A stretch of 64,000 nucleotides of DNA, taken from Podarcis gaigeae. Lineage: Eukaryota. This document shows positions 39,679 through 59,334 of this stretch, piece after piece. Made by a program: the position numbers and the translations under genes. A model generated the notes under the pieces. It was not told where the DNA came from, made no database searches, and was given only the letters and a program-made list of their open reading frames with translations. Within the stretch, counting starts at the first letter, position 1, and every line of letters starts with the position of its first letter. The stretch lies in assembly GCA_964106915.2 (NCBI GenBank), contig OZ066919.1. One strand, 5' to 3'.

Positions 39679-40093
39679 TTATGGGGGATCCAGAGGGCGC
39701 GCGCGGATGTGAGAGCATTTTTGTGTAGGCTTCTCGGGAGGGGGTGGGGAAGGCGAGGAGGGAGCGGATGTGCAAAGGCTCAGTGCCTGAACTTGGATGC
39801 AACGTCTGCCTAGAGGGCGCAAACAATCATCCCACGTCCAAAAGTCTTACGAAGGGCGCCAAAAGTTACTTAAGATAATATTCCTAACCGCAAAGAGCTG
39901 GAAATCGTACGGCAAAGCCGTCTGCCAGCGACGGCAGCGGAGCCAAGGGCCCGATTCTGCCTCGCTGACAAATTAGCCTTCCCCTGTCTGCTTTGTGGAT
40001 TAAGGGAAATCTTAAAACATCTCCCTAAGCATTCGTAGGGATGCGTGTGTTTGTGTGTGTGCGTGTGCGTGTGTCTGTATGTATATGGGATGA

Positions 40094-40129
<36 letters not shown>

Positions 40130-42469
40130 GATTAATGTTTTATGGCACGTGAGACTGGGAAAAGGTGAAAAACATTAGTATATGTGTAAAATGATTGTGT
40201 TCTCTCTTGCTAAAACATATCCCACAGACATTTGGGTCTTATAAAGTACCATTCCCAGCTAACTTGTCTGCCTAGTCATGCCACCGTTCACACTATTCGC
40301 ACAGCTATGCTGTAAAGTCAGGCTGGGCTACAAGTCTGTGGCTAAAGCAGTGGTGCATTTATTGCCCTGTTCACATTCTGCTGTCAGTTTCAGGACAAAC
40401 ACCCCTTTCTCAGTGTTTGTAGCAGCATCTCTGTACATTTTGAACAACTTGTGCATGGTGGCAAATGCGGTGACTGGTTGGCCTAGCCTGGTTAAGAGTA
40501 GGCACATGCAGGACTATATGGTGACTGCTATGTGCTGAATTGGTTGTGGGAGCAGGCAGTATGTATACAATGTGTAGGGAACACAAAGGAGGTCAAGCTA
40601 TGACTACCATTGGACCTCCAGCTACTCTTGGGAGAGAGGGGCAAATGAGTAAATAAAGGAAAGACATAGCATGCTAGGGAACAAATTGAAAGTCATAAAT
40701 CATAAGTGAGGTGTTTTGTTTTTTTTAAAAAAAACAGTACTTTAGTCACTTCTTTTTCCTCAGTGTTTTAGCTTTTTGTAAGACTGTCAGCCAGAAAGTT
40801 CTGTCAAGGAAACTTGGAAAGCTGAGAGATCCCAGAAAATGTTTAGTTGGGTGTGTTTCCATGTCATTATATCACTGACAGGTATTGGGCCATTCTTTTT
40901 ATTCTTTTTTTAAAAGGTATGAATGAAAACTGAAGGTAATTTTGCACTTAGCTTAGACATCTGCAATCCACAAATGATAATTTTAGTGAAGCACTCAACT
41001 TGGGAAAAGGAAGGGCCTCCAGGAGATAAAAGTGATATAGCGACTTAGGCCTCCTCCCTTAATAGCCTTGGGCAATGTATTTTCCTCTAAAAGTCCTTGC
41101 AGTATTTTAAAACATTCTTAAATTCGAAACACCTAGATCTCTGGTCCACATCAGAAGTCATGCATGCTGAATGTGGTATGTCTTGTGGTATCCTCTTCCT
41201 CTTTACGTGTGTTTTTTTAAAAAAAATTATGAATGGTTGTGGATATGCAAGTGTCTGAAAGCTGCAGCATTTGGGGAAATGAAAGGAAGACTAGAGAGGA
41301 TGCCACTTAGGAGACTGAAGAAAGACTAGAGAGAAAATGTAAGACTCAATAAAAGAAAAGTTGTCTGACTGGAAACTTTCCAAACCCCCAAAACCAAACC
41401 TTTCTTGTGCCAAAACAATGCATTATAAGATAAATAAAGGACAGAAGGCTCAATTCAAAGTTGAGCAACTTTAAGTAGTAACTTTATTGCTTGAGGGTTG
41501 CAGTGCAGTTTTGAAGCTGTGCATTATTAGTAAAATAAGCATCCTTGGCTATAAAGTGCCCTGAGTTTTGTTTTTTAACCGACATTCATATGCCAAGAGC
41601 TAGAAAGTTCTGAACAAATGTGTTTGGCTCTGCTCTCAGCTGGTGATCATGCTCTCATACAAAGCAGTCCATACAAATATATCCACAATTATTAGAAGCC
41701 ACACACTTAATGCCTTATTAGCCTTCATATTTAAACAAAACAATGTAGAAAGCCCCACCCATTAGAGCTTTACTTGGGGACACGATTTCTGGAAAAACAA
41801 TTTGCAAAGTTTCAAATCCACAGTGCGCCCGGACTTGTCTGCCAGCCCTTTGAAAAATGCTCTGTATCTGTATCTATATGCTTTCTATGGGTGCTACTGC
41901 TACTGTAAGATTTCGGAAAGCCTCTTTCCGCATGAGACGAATGGCGAAAGTTTAGTCCAAAGTCCTTAAGACGATCTCCTTGAAGGTCTTGTGGATGAGG
42001 TTGGGGGTGGGGAGAGAAGTGGGGGTGGGGGAGAGCGAGAGCGTTCGTGGAGGGGGAGGGGAGCGCGAAAGCGGCAGAAATATGGAAAAGTAGTTTTGTT
42101 TGCTTAAGCACATCCTGCAGAGCCTCTCGCCGCTCGGGAGCCCTGCCTGCAAACGGCTCCTGCTGCCTGCGCTACCCAGTAATGCACTGAGAGCCTGGGA
42201 TCGGGGATCGGGAGGGCTGGCCGAGCAGTAGCACCGCAGCCCCCCTCCCCCGGGCAAGGCAGCGAGCGAGCTGCTGCTGCTGCTGCTGGCGGAGCGGTGC
42301 AGAGCGGAGCAGCAGCAGGAGCAGGAGGCGCGCGGGCAGGTTCCCGGGGAAGCTGGAGGGAGCCGGGCGCTGTCGAGAGGCTGCCCGGGCTGCGAGCGCG
42401 GGGGGAAGTGCGCGCTATGCCTTTAACGCCCGGGCACAGGAGACATGTCTAGCGTGTAGGCTAGGGAAA

Positions 42470-42705
42470 CTCTAGGCGGGGTTAAAGTTCAGCTCATGGA
42501 GCTGATCAGCGCTGCTGGCTGCAGTTGAGCAGAGTTGGAAATGTGAAAGCAAGAAGCAGGCTCGGCTCTTCCCCCCTCTTTCTTTTTCTCTCTCTCTCTT
42601 CTCTCTCTCTCTCCCTCCCTCCCTCCCTCCCTCCCTTTCTCTCTCTCTCTCTCTCTCTCCCTCTCACTCACACACCTCCAAGCCACAAACCCCCCCGCAG
42701 CAACC
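42470..42705 (+). other. NFIA: NFIA 5' UTR of the main first exon (start approximate), containing a CT-rich tract at ~42573-42665
   Basis: ggcggggttaaagttcagctcatggagc...gcagttgagc...ttggaaatgtgaa.gcaagaagcagg followed by a (CT)n tract resembles the mammalian NFIA 5' UTR as I recall it. The TSS cannot be determined from sequence. Confidence 0.75.
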
Positions 42706-42732
42706 ATGTATTCTCCTCTCTGTCTTACCCAG
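42706..42732 (+). CDS. NFIA: NFIA coding exon 1 (MYSPLCLTQ)
   Basis: accATG TAT TCT CCT CTC TGT CTT ACC CAG followed by the donor CAG|GTAAGA at 42733. MYSPLCLTQ is the NFIA N-terminus (NFIB MMYSPICLTQ, NFIC MYSSPLCLTQ, NFIX MYSPYCLTQ). It joins exon 2 in phase 0. Confidence 0.97.
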
Positions 42733-49117
<6,385 letters not shown>

Positions 49118-52100
49118 TAATGACTTTTTGAACCAATTAGGCTAATCTGTGCTTGCATCCACCATGCTGGTTGGCAGCGTGGCTGTGATAGTGGTTGAAG
49201 TTTAACCAGTAGTGGAGATGATATAGACATCCTGTGTTGTATTGCAAAGCTTTTAATAAAAGGTGATTGCAAAAACATGAGGGTTTTTTTTACATTGTAA
49301 CCTAACATTCTGCCTTTTTGAAGCTTTTTCATAAGGATGGAACTGTAGTATGAAGATGGAGACTGTATGTACAAAATATTTCTAGGCCTGGTTAACAATT
49401 GGAAATGAGGGTACTGTGTATTTCTGAGTGATTATTTTGCTCAACATGTTAATAACTATAAAAAAACTGTAATACAGTATGGTTAAATATCCAAAATTTG
49501 GCTGCCTTAAGAAAAAACACTGAGCACACAGTGATGACTCCTCACAGATACACAAACTGTCGATTTTAATTGCCATTGGTAAGAAAACACCTGCCTAATG
49601 AAAGAGGGGGAAACAAAAAGTTCCTGGTAACCTCCGCCTGTGGGTAGAATATTATTGCTTTTAAAGGATGGGTTGCTAGTTTAACACGTGAGATTCAGGA
49701 AAATGGATCATGCATTGTTTGCAACTGTACTTCTGGCTGTGACTATCATATACCTGCCACTAGTAACAGATAAGTGCTGTTACTGATCAAGACAGTGTGC
49801 ATTTTCCCGTAACCTTGTTTTAGTCAAATTCATAGTTTCTCAGTAATTAGGCCTAGCAGTTTCAAAGCAAGCCACTTGTCTCTCTGTGACTCAGACATTT
49901 CAATATTTCAGTTTGGATCAGATTGGAGAGGAAATTTAATAAGCTTAACAGTTTTAATTTGATCTAGCATTTTTAGGTGCTAGGTACATTGGTGGCTGTT
50001 GGATGGTCTTATGGAAAATGGTAATTGGTCTTTGTTGTGTGACATCTTGTCATTTAGTAATGTTGTTGGCATGTATGATTTTGAAGAGGTTTTGTGCTTT
50101 TCTCCTAGAAAGAATGGCTTGCTTTAAGTTTGCAGATATACGTGATTCTGTTACTTGCATTGTGTACTTATGCTGAGTGACACGTCCAAAAATATTGGTG
50201 AATATGCGATGTGTTTCTGAAGTGCTGTGGTGTGGATGCTTTTTCATTTATTTTTTAAAAGAATAAATACCAGTGCTCAATTTGTTAATTAAGAACTGCC
50301 TATGATAGACTGTAGACCCAACTTCATTGTAGGATTTTCTGTGAGACTTTATGGAAAGCTGATGAATCAGTTAAAGATTTAAAATATGGATGCTTTCATT
50401 AAAAATGTTTGGTGCTAACAGCATGTTGCAAACTATCTTCATACATCTGTTGACTCAGGACATGCATTGTAGATTGATTTTTAAAATAATCCATGGCAGT
50501 TAATTGAAAGTAGTTGTTATATTGATTACAAATACTCATAGTATCACCTTAACAAAGTTACTGTTATATATTAATGCAATCAGGCATAATATACTCAATT
50601 GCTTCCATTATGCAATATATATCTGGCAATATTCTGTGGTACGGTTGTGTTGCTATGCTAACAATAGAGCCTAGTCAATCTGGTAATGATCACCTTTGTG
50701 AGCTTTGACTCTCTCTCTTTTTAAGGATGCCAATGGTATTTTCATATATAGGTAAACTGCTTTTGGGGGAGTATTCGTGTTTGCAGATCCTTATAAAATG
50801 TGTTTTTTTACATCTTAACTTACTTTTTCCGCAGGTGTAATATATCACACTCTTTTTCAGTTCGTTTGTGTTGTAGAAAATATTTCAATGATGCTGTGTA
50901 CTTGAGAACGTAGTAACAATTTGCATTACGATCGGACAACCTTCATTAGGGGTAATGGTTGTAGTTTCTTTCTTTCTTGCGCTGATGTATCCCAGACTCC
51001 TTTGTTAAACCTGAACGTTGGCCAAGTTAATAGTGATTGGCTCTTGTAGAGCTGCAGTAATGGCAACTTGTACTGTATGCGCAACAAGAGCATTTCAGAA
51101 GAAAATCTTAAAGGCCCTTTGTCTTCAGATCAACCTGATTTGCTTTAAAAGATTTACTGACCTTATAGTTATGCTGCGATAGTTGCCAATAAAAATGTAT
51201 AAAATAATAGGCAGGTTGATCAACGTATATACAGCTGAGCTGAGGAGCGTCTTCTATATCCCCAAAGGTCTGCAAACAGAAAATGTTTCTTTCTACTTAA
51301 AAGTTTTGAGAAGTTGCCAGTGTTGGCAAGAGGTTCAGACTCCAAAACGTGCTTTCAGATATTTGCCAAAACCATTGTGGCCTTTTCACTCAGAGTGCTA
51401 TTATTTCGTGTACTGTTCCAAGATACTTTAATTCCTGATGATTTCTGCAGTATGATGTCCCTTTCCTTCTTAAATATGTATTTATAACAATTGTGTGGAG
51501 GACTCTTTCCCTCCTTCTTCTTTGCCCCCTCCTTGTGCCAGGACATAGTCATTTGCAAGAAAATCATGTGCTCAAATCTAAACAATGCTCCTGCTTGCGA
51601 AGTAAGTCTGAGCCACAAAAACAAATTATTCTCCTAAGGAAATCATGTAGAAACAGGGATGTAAAATTTGACAATTATGTGAACTAGCTTGCAAAGATTG
51701 AAAGAAAACTGTGAATAAAAGAATTTATGAGCAAAGAGGTGGCTAAAGTACACTGAAATTAAAACATTGGTTTCAATTCGGAGTTTTAGCTTTCTTTTTT
51801 AAGGCCATCAAAATACAGTAGTGCTACCTTTAACTTTGGATTGCTTTTCCCCTCTTAGTTCTCTAGCCCATGTATCAAATGACAACTTGGAAACTGTTGT
51901 GACAAACAGTATTCTTTGTGGGAGTATAATACCAAAGTAAATTTATGACCAGCTCTTTACCAGATGATCTGTATCAGAATCTGCAATATACTTGGCACGT
52001 GGCAGGGTCACCATTTAAGTTGTTAGGGTCATAACCTTCGCCACCAGGCATTTGACCTTTGAGATAAAGTTAACCTTTGTTCATTAGTAGGCACTCAAGC

Positions 52101-55100
52101 GAGAACTTCCTTGTTTTTTACTGCAGCAGAGCAACTTCAGCTAACATGATCACATTGTAAAAGGGGATTCTAAGCTCAAGCACTGGGTTCTGTGAGAGGT
52201 TAAAGATTTCTCTTTGTTTTTTGAGGATATTTTAAATGGACAAAGCTAGCTTGTGTTTTGTCTGCCACATACAATAGCTGATGTTTTTGACCATTATCTG
52301 TTTTAGGCATGGTTTTAACAGCATGAGCCTATGAATGTTTATTCAGAAGTAAGTCCCACAACCTTACTCTCTAGCAAGTACATGTATATTAAGGTTTGCA
52401 GCCTAAACATAGCAAATGCTTTGAAAACTCTGTGTGTTTGTGTGTGTGTGTTTAAAAATGCTGAATTAAAATCTAAAAATCTGACCAAGATATAGTAATT
52501 GAATTAGACCTTTTCCTATAGATTGTAATGCTATTAAGAACTGAAGCCAAAGTCATGACAAGGCTGATTTTGTTTTGGTAGCTGTGAAAATGTGTTTAGT
52601 TCTGGAGATAAGTGACAGTGTAATATAAAGAGCACCTTTTTTCATCTATAATAAATCAATATTGTATATTATTTTGGAGGGTGGTGATATTTACCCCATA
52701 GCTGGTAAAGAAGCACCATGTGAGTTAGTCGGTCATGAAGCATAGTGAGATACCTTTGCAAAATTTTGGGCACCTTTGTTCTAAATCTGAAAGGTACATT
52801 GTATACTTCTAGTACAATTGATCATTATTGCAATCATCCTGCAATACAGAACATTTGGTATTTATCAATAATGTAAAAACTGTTGTAATAATTCTGAACA
52901 CTTCAAAACAGAGCTGGCACAAGATTTTGTAACCCTTGATAGCTTCCTGCAAAAAGTATATATATTCCATATAAAGTATTTCTGATCACACCACATTATT
53001 CCATATGACTGTGACAGTGCATACTTTATTCTAATTACTGTATGTAGCCTTTTAAAGAATGTTCTTTTTAAAAATTCAGTGTTTATTTCATTTAAATCAA
53101 AGGAAAATAATGTCGTTTAGGTATGATGTGCTTTCATTGGTTTGTGACTGCTGTTGTCATTCTTTCATATGACTGTACAGTTATGCATGATTTGCTGATT
53201 AACCAGATGGCCATAGTAACAGATTGAGAACCTGCTCCCTATTACTAAAAAGCATGTGTAAGATCACAAAGGTTTTGAGTTAGAACGGTATGTGTTGGGT
53301 AAAACAACTCACTAAAAAGAATTTCATATTCTATTATAAACTTAATCTATAGTTTTAGTGTAATACTGCACATGTCTACTCAGGAAAAAAGTGGGTTTAA
53401 GTTCAACAAGATTTACACCCAGATCAACGTGTGAAGTTGCAGCCTAGGTGTGCCGACTTCTCAGTATGTAACCCTGTTTCATAGAGAACTTAACTTACAC
53501 TTTAGCATCAAGTGCATTGGATCCTCAGTAATGGAACCTTAAATACGTAGCTCTCTTTACCAAGATTCGCTGTGTCCCCTGTGGAACTCCTATCTAGCAT
53601 TCCCTTCATAAACAGCACTTGCTTTGATGCAATATCTTAATTTAGATGCCTTCTGGGCGGTCAAAACTTCATGAAGCACTGTTGAGCATGTGTAGCTCTG
53701 TTCTCTGCATAGCTGGAGAGAGTTCCATTTGTGAAATAAGGTTGTGTACCTAGAGCAGGTGGGGGAAACCTCCAGCCCTTCAGAGGTCATTGAACCATGT
53801 GCCACTGGCCAAGCTTGCTGGAGCTGATGAGAACTGTGGTTCAGCAGCCTCTGTAGTGCCAAAGGTTTCCCACATCTGACCTTGAGCACTCTTCATTATT
53901 GCAGAAAGTGCAGCAGCCCTTGGGTGGTATCTGTGTGACACTATACAGCAGGATCAGATCAGGGAGTATAGCAATGTATATCAGTGCATCAGATTAGGGT
54001 GATCAAGTACTCGTTGTGCTTGAGTGTGTGCTTAAGCCTCATTGATTTAATCAGGACTGCAGTACGCAATTTTTTTCTGAGTTATTCTGGACTTGTATGC
54101 ATGTTCCACAGCATAGGAATATATTGTCCTCAGTACTTAAATGTATTTATTCCATATATAAAGCTAGCTCCTGTCTGCCTTAGTTAAACTTACACAAAAC
54201 CAAGATGCTGAGTCCATGTAGTGTGTTGCTATTGTTGCAAGATGCTCTTTTGCTGTCCCTTTTTCCCTTATTTGTGAGAAGTTCCAGCTTCTTATTTCTT
54301 CGTGGGAAAGGCTGGACCCCAGCCAGCATAGCAGTTCATGAGAGAAGAGAGTTGCATTGGTGGTTTGATATGGGAGAATCTTCCCTCAAAAGAAATTTTA
54401 AGGGTATCTTGTCCCTTCAGAGATTGTTATCTGGCATCTTGAGAACTGGAAACAGCTGTAGGGACAAAACAATAGCAGAATTGTCCAGTGTCTTAACACT
54501 TCAATCTCTCTTGATTATCATCCTCCCGCCTTCTAAGATCTTTGTGCTGCACTATGCAACTGAGGCGCTTGCATCTAACTCTTCTCCAGTCATACTGCTG
54601 AAGCTCTTTCTGCTGGTGCAAATGATCTTTGGGAGTTACTGTTTTATGATTCACTGAAGCAAGGGATCCCTGTTTTTATAACCCCGCCATGAATTCCAGT
54701 GTTCCCTGTGTCCAGTTGCCAGATCCAGCCCTCGACTTTGATGTGACAGCCAGTCTCCAACCATAACTGGTGAAGAACTTACATTGCACTCTCAGACCCA
54801 TCTGAGAATAACTGCTTTGCAGTACAGTGTAGAAAGGGATCTCTATTCATTGGGACTTTCTGTTTCGGTCAGTGGAAGAGTAGTTTGTATTGCTGGCTTT
54901 AACAGACTGTGGTTGACAGAAGAAGGATTTAGATGGGGACAACTGCATTCCCCTGCTGCTGTAATTGAGATGGTAAGCATCCATGCTAATTTCAACCCTA
55001 ACGGTAGTGGAACTTATGAGTGTTTGCTATATCATGAACTGCTGGCACGAGTTCAGTCATGTGGCTAAGCTTTCTCCAAAACAGAAACAAATAAAGCAGA

Positions 55101-57502
55101 GCAGCATATAGCCTTTTAATGTTTCTTAGAATACTTCCAGGTGTTTTCAGGAAAGAAGTATCGCGTGATTTAAATGCTGTTTCCTGTATCCTGAAATAGC
55201 AGATGTACCCAATCAGTAAGAAAAAAGAGCTCCTAGTATAAATGTAAAGAGAAGTATTTGAGTGGAGCCCATGGCATTTATAGCCATGAGGCTAGCTCAA
55301 TAGTATGAAAACTGCCCAATATTGCTGGCCAGGCCTAACTTGTCTTAAGTTACTGTACTTTTTATATTTCCTTTCTTTTCCACCCAGTGATGAATAGCAT
55401 TAATTTAAATCTATTTAAGGCAAGTGTGGGAGAAACCACAATCTTTGTTGTGGTCAGTGGTGTACACAGCAGGGCTGGATGTTTCACTTGATTGAGGCCT
55501 GAAAGCTGACTGTAGAAGACCTAAAACATCATGTCAGCTTTTTCCAAGTATTGCAAAAGAAGCAGTGTACGGTAAATTCATATATTCTGCAGTGTCAATA
55601 ACCATTATTATGATGACTACTTACTGTCCCTTCAGACCCCTCCAAATTTAAATGTAAAAGACAACAACCGCAACAGCAACAAAAGCAACCCAAGTCAGTT
55701 TCTGTGAAAGCAGCCACCTTACAGTTTAAAAGAGCCCATAGTCAAACTAAATCAAATTAATGTAACCAGCCTATAATCTAAAGCAGTACTTGTGGAGATG
55801 TGCTCTCCTTCCTTCAAGGTCTAGGAGTGAAATGTTCACTATAGCACATCACAAATACCAACTGATTTTAGGGTTTTGGCCAAAGTTTAGGAGAATATTC
55901 CTAAACTGCCTTGCCAATGAGTTATTTACTATCCTCAAGGGATTGTTGCTCAGGCATGAACTATAACTGAGGCTCCACTGGATTATCAGAAATAGATTTG
56001 TGCATTGGCAAAGGAGAGTAATATCTTGATATTATAAAGCTGTTTCAATAGCTCTGATAGAGATTGAAAGGTAGTACAGTACAGATTTATCAGAGTTTTC
56101 CCCAAAGCCAATTGTAGCTCAGTGAAGAAGGATTAGGTCTGTGTTCCAAGTCCTGTTCAAGCAAATAACATGCTATGCACGAGGTCTGCAATGCCTCTAT
56201 TCATCCTGCCCCAAGCATTGCTATGCAGCAGTCAGCCATTGCTTCAGTTGCAGGGAACACTGGTGGTGCAAGGCACGTTGCTGCTCTTCTGCTGTTCCTG
56301 GGACCTTTAAGTGTGGTCCTGTGAATCGCTGTCAAGCATTGGGCCAGTATTAGGCTATACGGCTACCATCCTTACATCACCCTTTCTAGGATTAATAGTA
56401 CCTTTCTGGCAGTGAGTGGATGATGTTCAGTAGTGTCACAGTGGGGCTTGGTAGAGAGTGGTGCCAGAGCCTCACTAACTGTTGTTGTTTACCAATTCTG
56501 ATGTGAAAAATGACAAGGCCGTCTCAGGCTACGGAGATGAATGATGAGAAGGACATGAGCAATGTTTCTTACATTAACGTTAACTGCATGTTATGTCTGC
56601 AAAATTGGTGAAAATCGTTTGAGTGGTTGTAGGTGGACAGTCTTTGGCTAAGGACATGAAGCATTTGCTGCTTAGAGTATATTTTTGGTAGGAAGCCTGG
56701 AAATGTATGTGGCGATTAGGAGAGTGGTATTTAATCCCACCTACTTAACTTTTTGTTTGTTTCTTTAAGGGTTGAGTAAGTGACAGGAGGTGCTTTATAG
56801 TAGTACAACCAACAATAATTGGTTGTGTGAAACTGAGACAATATACTGTATTGTAGTGATTGACCAGTAGTTCCACACATTCAGGTGATCAAGGGATAAC
56901 TTATGCCATGAGTGCAGTTATCTGTTGTGCCAGTTCTTACTGAGTTGCCAGGGAAAGCTTGGCCAACTGCAGGGAAGAGCTGCAGTGGATAAGGAATTAA
57001 ACATAGCCAGCAAATACCGGTAGTCTAGACCTTTACCAGAACCGCCTTCCTTTTTGCTATCAAATTATTAGTTAAATTGTATGAAACTTTATATAAAATA
57101 ATTTGTCTATCGTGTTTTGTTGAACTATTTAATTGTATGGCTGGGATTAGAGTGGGGTTGTTAGTGTTGGTGGATCACAACTTCCATCATCACTGACCAT
57201 GGCTATGCTGGAGGGCACCATGTTAGCTACCCCTGAATTGAAAGGTGCCATCTCTTGTTCTTCCTAACTAGTTGGACCCAGGTGGACAGTGATTGTCATT
57301 CATTTCATTTGATTGTTGTGAAGGTTCCACAGTTACCCATTTTCTCTTCTATCCTAAATTTGTATTGTGATGTTATCGCTTTATGGATAACATCTGATTC
57401 TGCATTGCATTTCCGCTCTAATCCTGGGAGCAGTGTTCTTTTGCCTTTAACTGGAGGGCTGCTGTTGAAGTAGACAAGCATACTGAAGCAGGCATACTGA
57501 AG

Positions 57503-57975
57503 CAAAGTCCAGACAAGATGGAAGTGATTATGGTGGGTACCCTGTGTGATCTGGAATAGGTGAGTCTGCCTGTTCTAATGGGATTTCGTTGTCAGTAATA
57601 AAGAAGGTTATAGCCTAGGAGTACTCTTGTATCTGGCTTTCTTCCTAGAAGCACAGGTGGCAATCTTGGACAGAAATGCTTTTTATCAGTTTCATTTGAT
57701 ACTCCAGCTGTGCCAGTTCCTGTGGAAAGAGGACTGAGCAATAAACATCCATGTCTTTGGAAACTAGAGGATTGAGTATTGCAATATCTTCAGTGACTGT
57801 CTTTGTCTGAGGTTCTCTTCTGGGATGCTCTCACCTTCTGAGAAGCACTGGCTGCTTACTCTTTAGGTCATGGTACTCCATCTGTGGGATGTCCTCCCCA
57901 AGGAGGCTTTCCTGGCACTTAGTATACTATCTTTTCATTGCAGGTGAAACACATTTTTATTCCACAGGCTTTTTA
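57503..57975 (+). mobile_element. L2-like LINE reverse-transcriptase relic
   Basis: Degenerate coding of RT C-terminal motifs (ccagacaagatggaagt ~ PDK.EV; ctaggagtactcttg ~ LGVLL; gctttttatcag ~ AFYQ; gagtattgcaat ~ (D/E)YCN). Confidence 0.55.
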
Positions 57976-58036
57976 GATCCTTCTAGACCTTTTGAGGCAA
58001 CGTAAGTTTAATAGATCTCTCCTGGATTAGAGGGTA

Positions 58037-58168
58037 TTGGTTAGAGTGTGGTGCCGATTACACCAAGGACGCAGGTTTGATCTCCGTATGGGACAGCTGC
58101 ATATTCCTGCATTGGACTAGCTGATTCTAAAGGTCCCTTCCAATTCTACAATTCCATGATTCTATGAT
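58037..58168 (+). mobile_element. SINE with tRNA-Ile-like head and CR1-type tail
   Basis: ttggttagagtgtggtgccgattacaccaaggacgcaggtttgatctccgtatggg resembles tRNA-Ile; tail ggactag...ggtcccttccaattctacaattccatgattctatgat. Confidence 0.7.
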
Positions 58169-58683
58169 CTGGTATTCTTTGGTTTTTAGTTCCCCCTCCA
58201 CTATTTATTTTTAATCAAGAAGTGGTGTTGTTTTCAGCTGTTAGTAAGCTGCTTTGAAGTCAATGGATTTAATAATGATAGACGCTAATAAATGCAGTAC
58301 GAAAATGTGCTCAACATGGGTCTGCCCATGAAGATTGGCATCTCATGTAGATTCATAATATAGTACTGTTTCTTTCTTTATGTAATCTCATTGATGGGCT
58401 CTATAATGTGATCGGCAACACAACATTGCTGTGTATCCTCATCTGCTAAGAGGAGTTCTCATTTTCAGTGTTCCAGATGACCTGAAATCTTGTAGTGTTC
58501 ATGTATCAGAATGGGTGGTGTCCTAGGTGTATGTAATAAAGGACCCCCCCCCCCATTACCCAAGAACTGCCGGGAAACTCTACACTTGATCATTTTCTTG
58601 CTTTCAAGGAGAGCATGGTTCTGGGCAGTGGGAACAGGAAATGTCATCCACTTTGCTTTCCTTCCTCCTGAAAGATCCTTGTA

Positions 58684-58924
58684 CAGTGGTACCTCGGGTT
58701 ACAGATGCTTCAGGTAACAGACACTTCAGGTTACAGACTCTGCTAACCCAGAAATATTACCTCGGGTTAAGAAGTTTGCTTCAGGATGAGAACAGAAATC
58801 ATGCTCAGGCGGCGCGGCGGCAGCAGAAGGCCCCATTAGCTAGAGTGGTGCTTCAGGTTAAGAACAGTTTCAGGTTAAGAACGGACCTCCAGAACAAATT
58901 AAGTTCTTAACCCGAGGTATACTG
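58684..58924 (+). mobile_element. Tc1/mariner-type MITE, family A copy 2
   Basis: ta-cagtggtacctcgggttac ... taacccgaggtatactg; same internal sequence as 19700-19924. Confidence 0.85.
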
Positions 58925-59334
58925 CTGGGAGGAGAGAGTGGTTTTTTTAACCCCATCACATATACTGTAATCTCTCTTCCAGAATGCACACAAGAAACTG
59001 TTAGGTGTTCAAGGAGTTCAATTCCCTTCTCCCTATGCACCCCTATTTCTCTCTTGTTTTTGTTTTCAGCTAGCACTCTTAACATTCTATCTCAATTGCT
59101 GTCAGCCATAGGCTAGATTGATAGATCCACACATCCTGACTTGTAATTCCTTTAGATCAGTCTTCCTCAGCCTAGTGTCATTCCCAGATGTGTTGGATTA
59201 CCATTCAGATCGTACAGTTATGAATTGTGGTCCAAAACATCTAGACGGCTTGTGACAGACTGCTTTAGACCACTAGGTCCTTATTAAGCTGTTTTGAGGT
59301 TTTTTAAGAAGTTGCTTTCTCTTAATTTTCATTA

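Larger units (their letters stand above)
36080..40070. promoter_or_regulatory. Upstream CpG-rich blocks (36.1-36.7, 37.1-37.8 and 38.3-40.1 kb); candidate alternative promoter/regulatory domain
   Basis: Repeated CpG-dense segments with (GA)n and (GT)n tracts, ATTGG (36448), ATGCAAAT octamer (36505-36512) and CGGAAG ETS-like cores. Confidence 0.65.

Noticed and set aside
42441-42450. AGACATGTCT perfect p53-type half-site at the promoter
   Set aside because: Only one half-site, with no adjacent second decamer.
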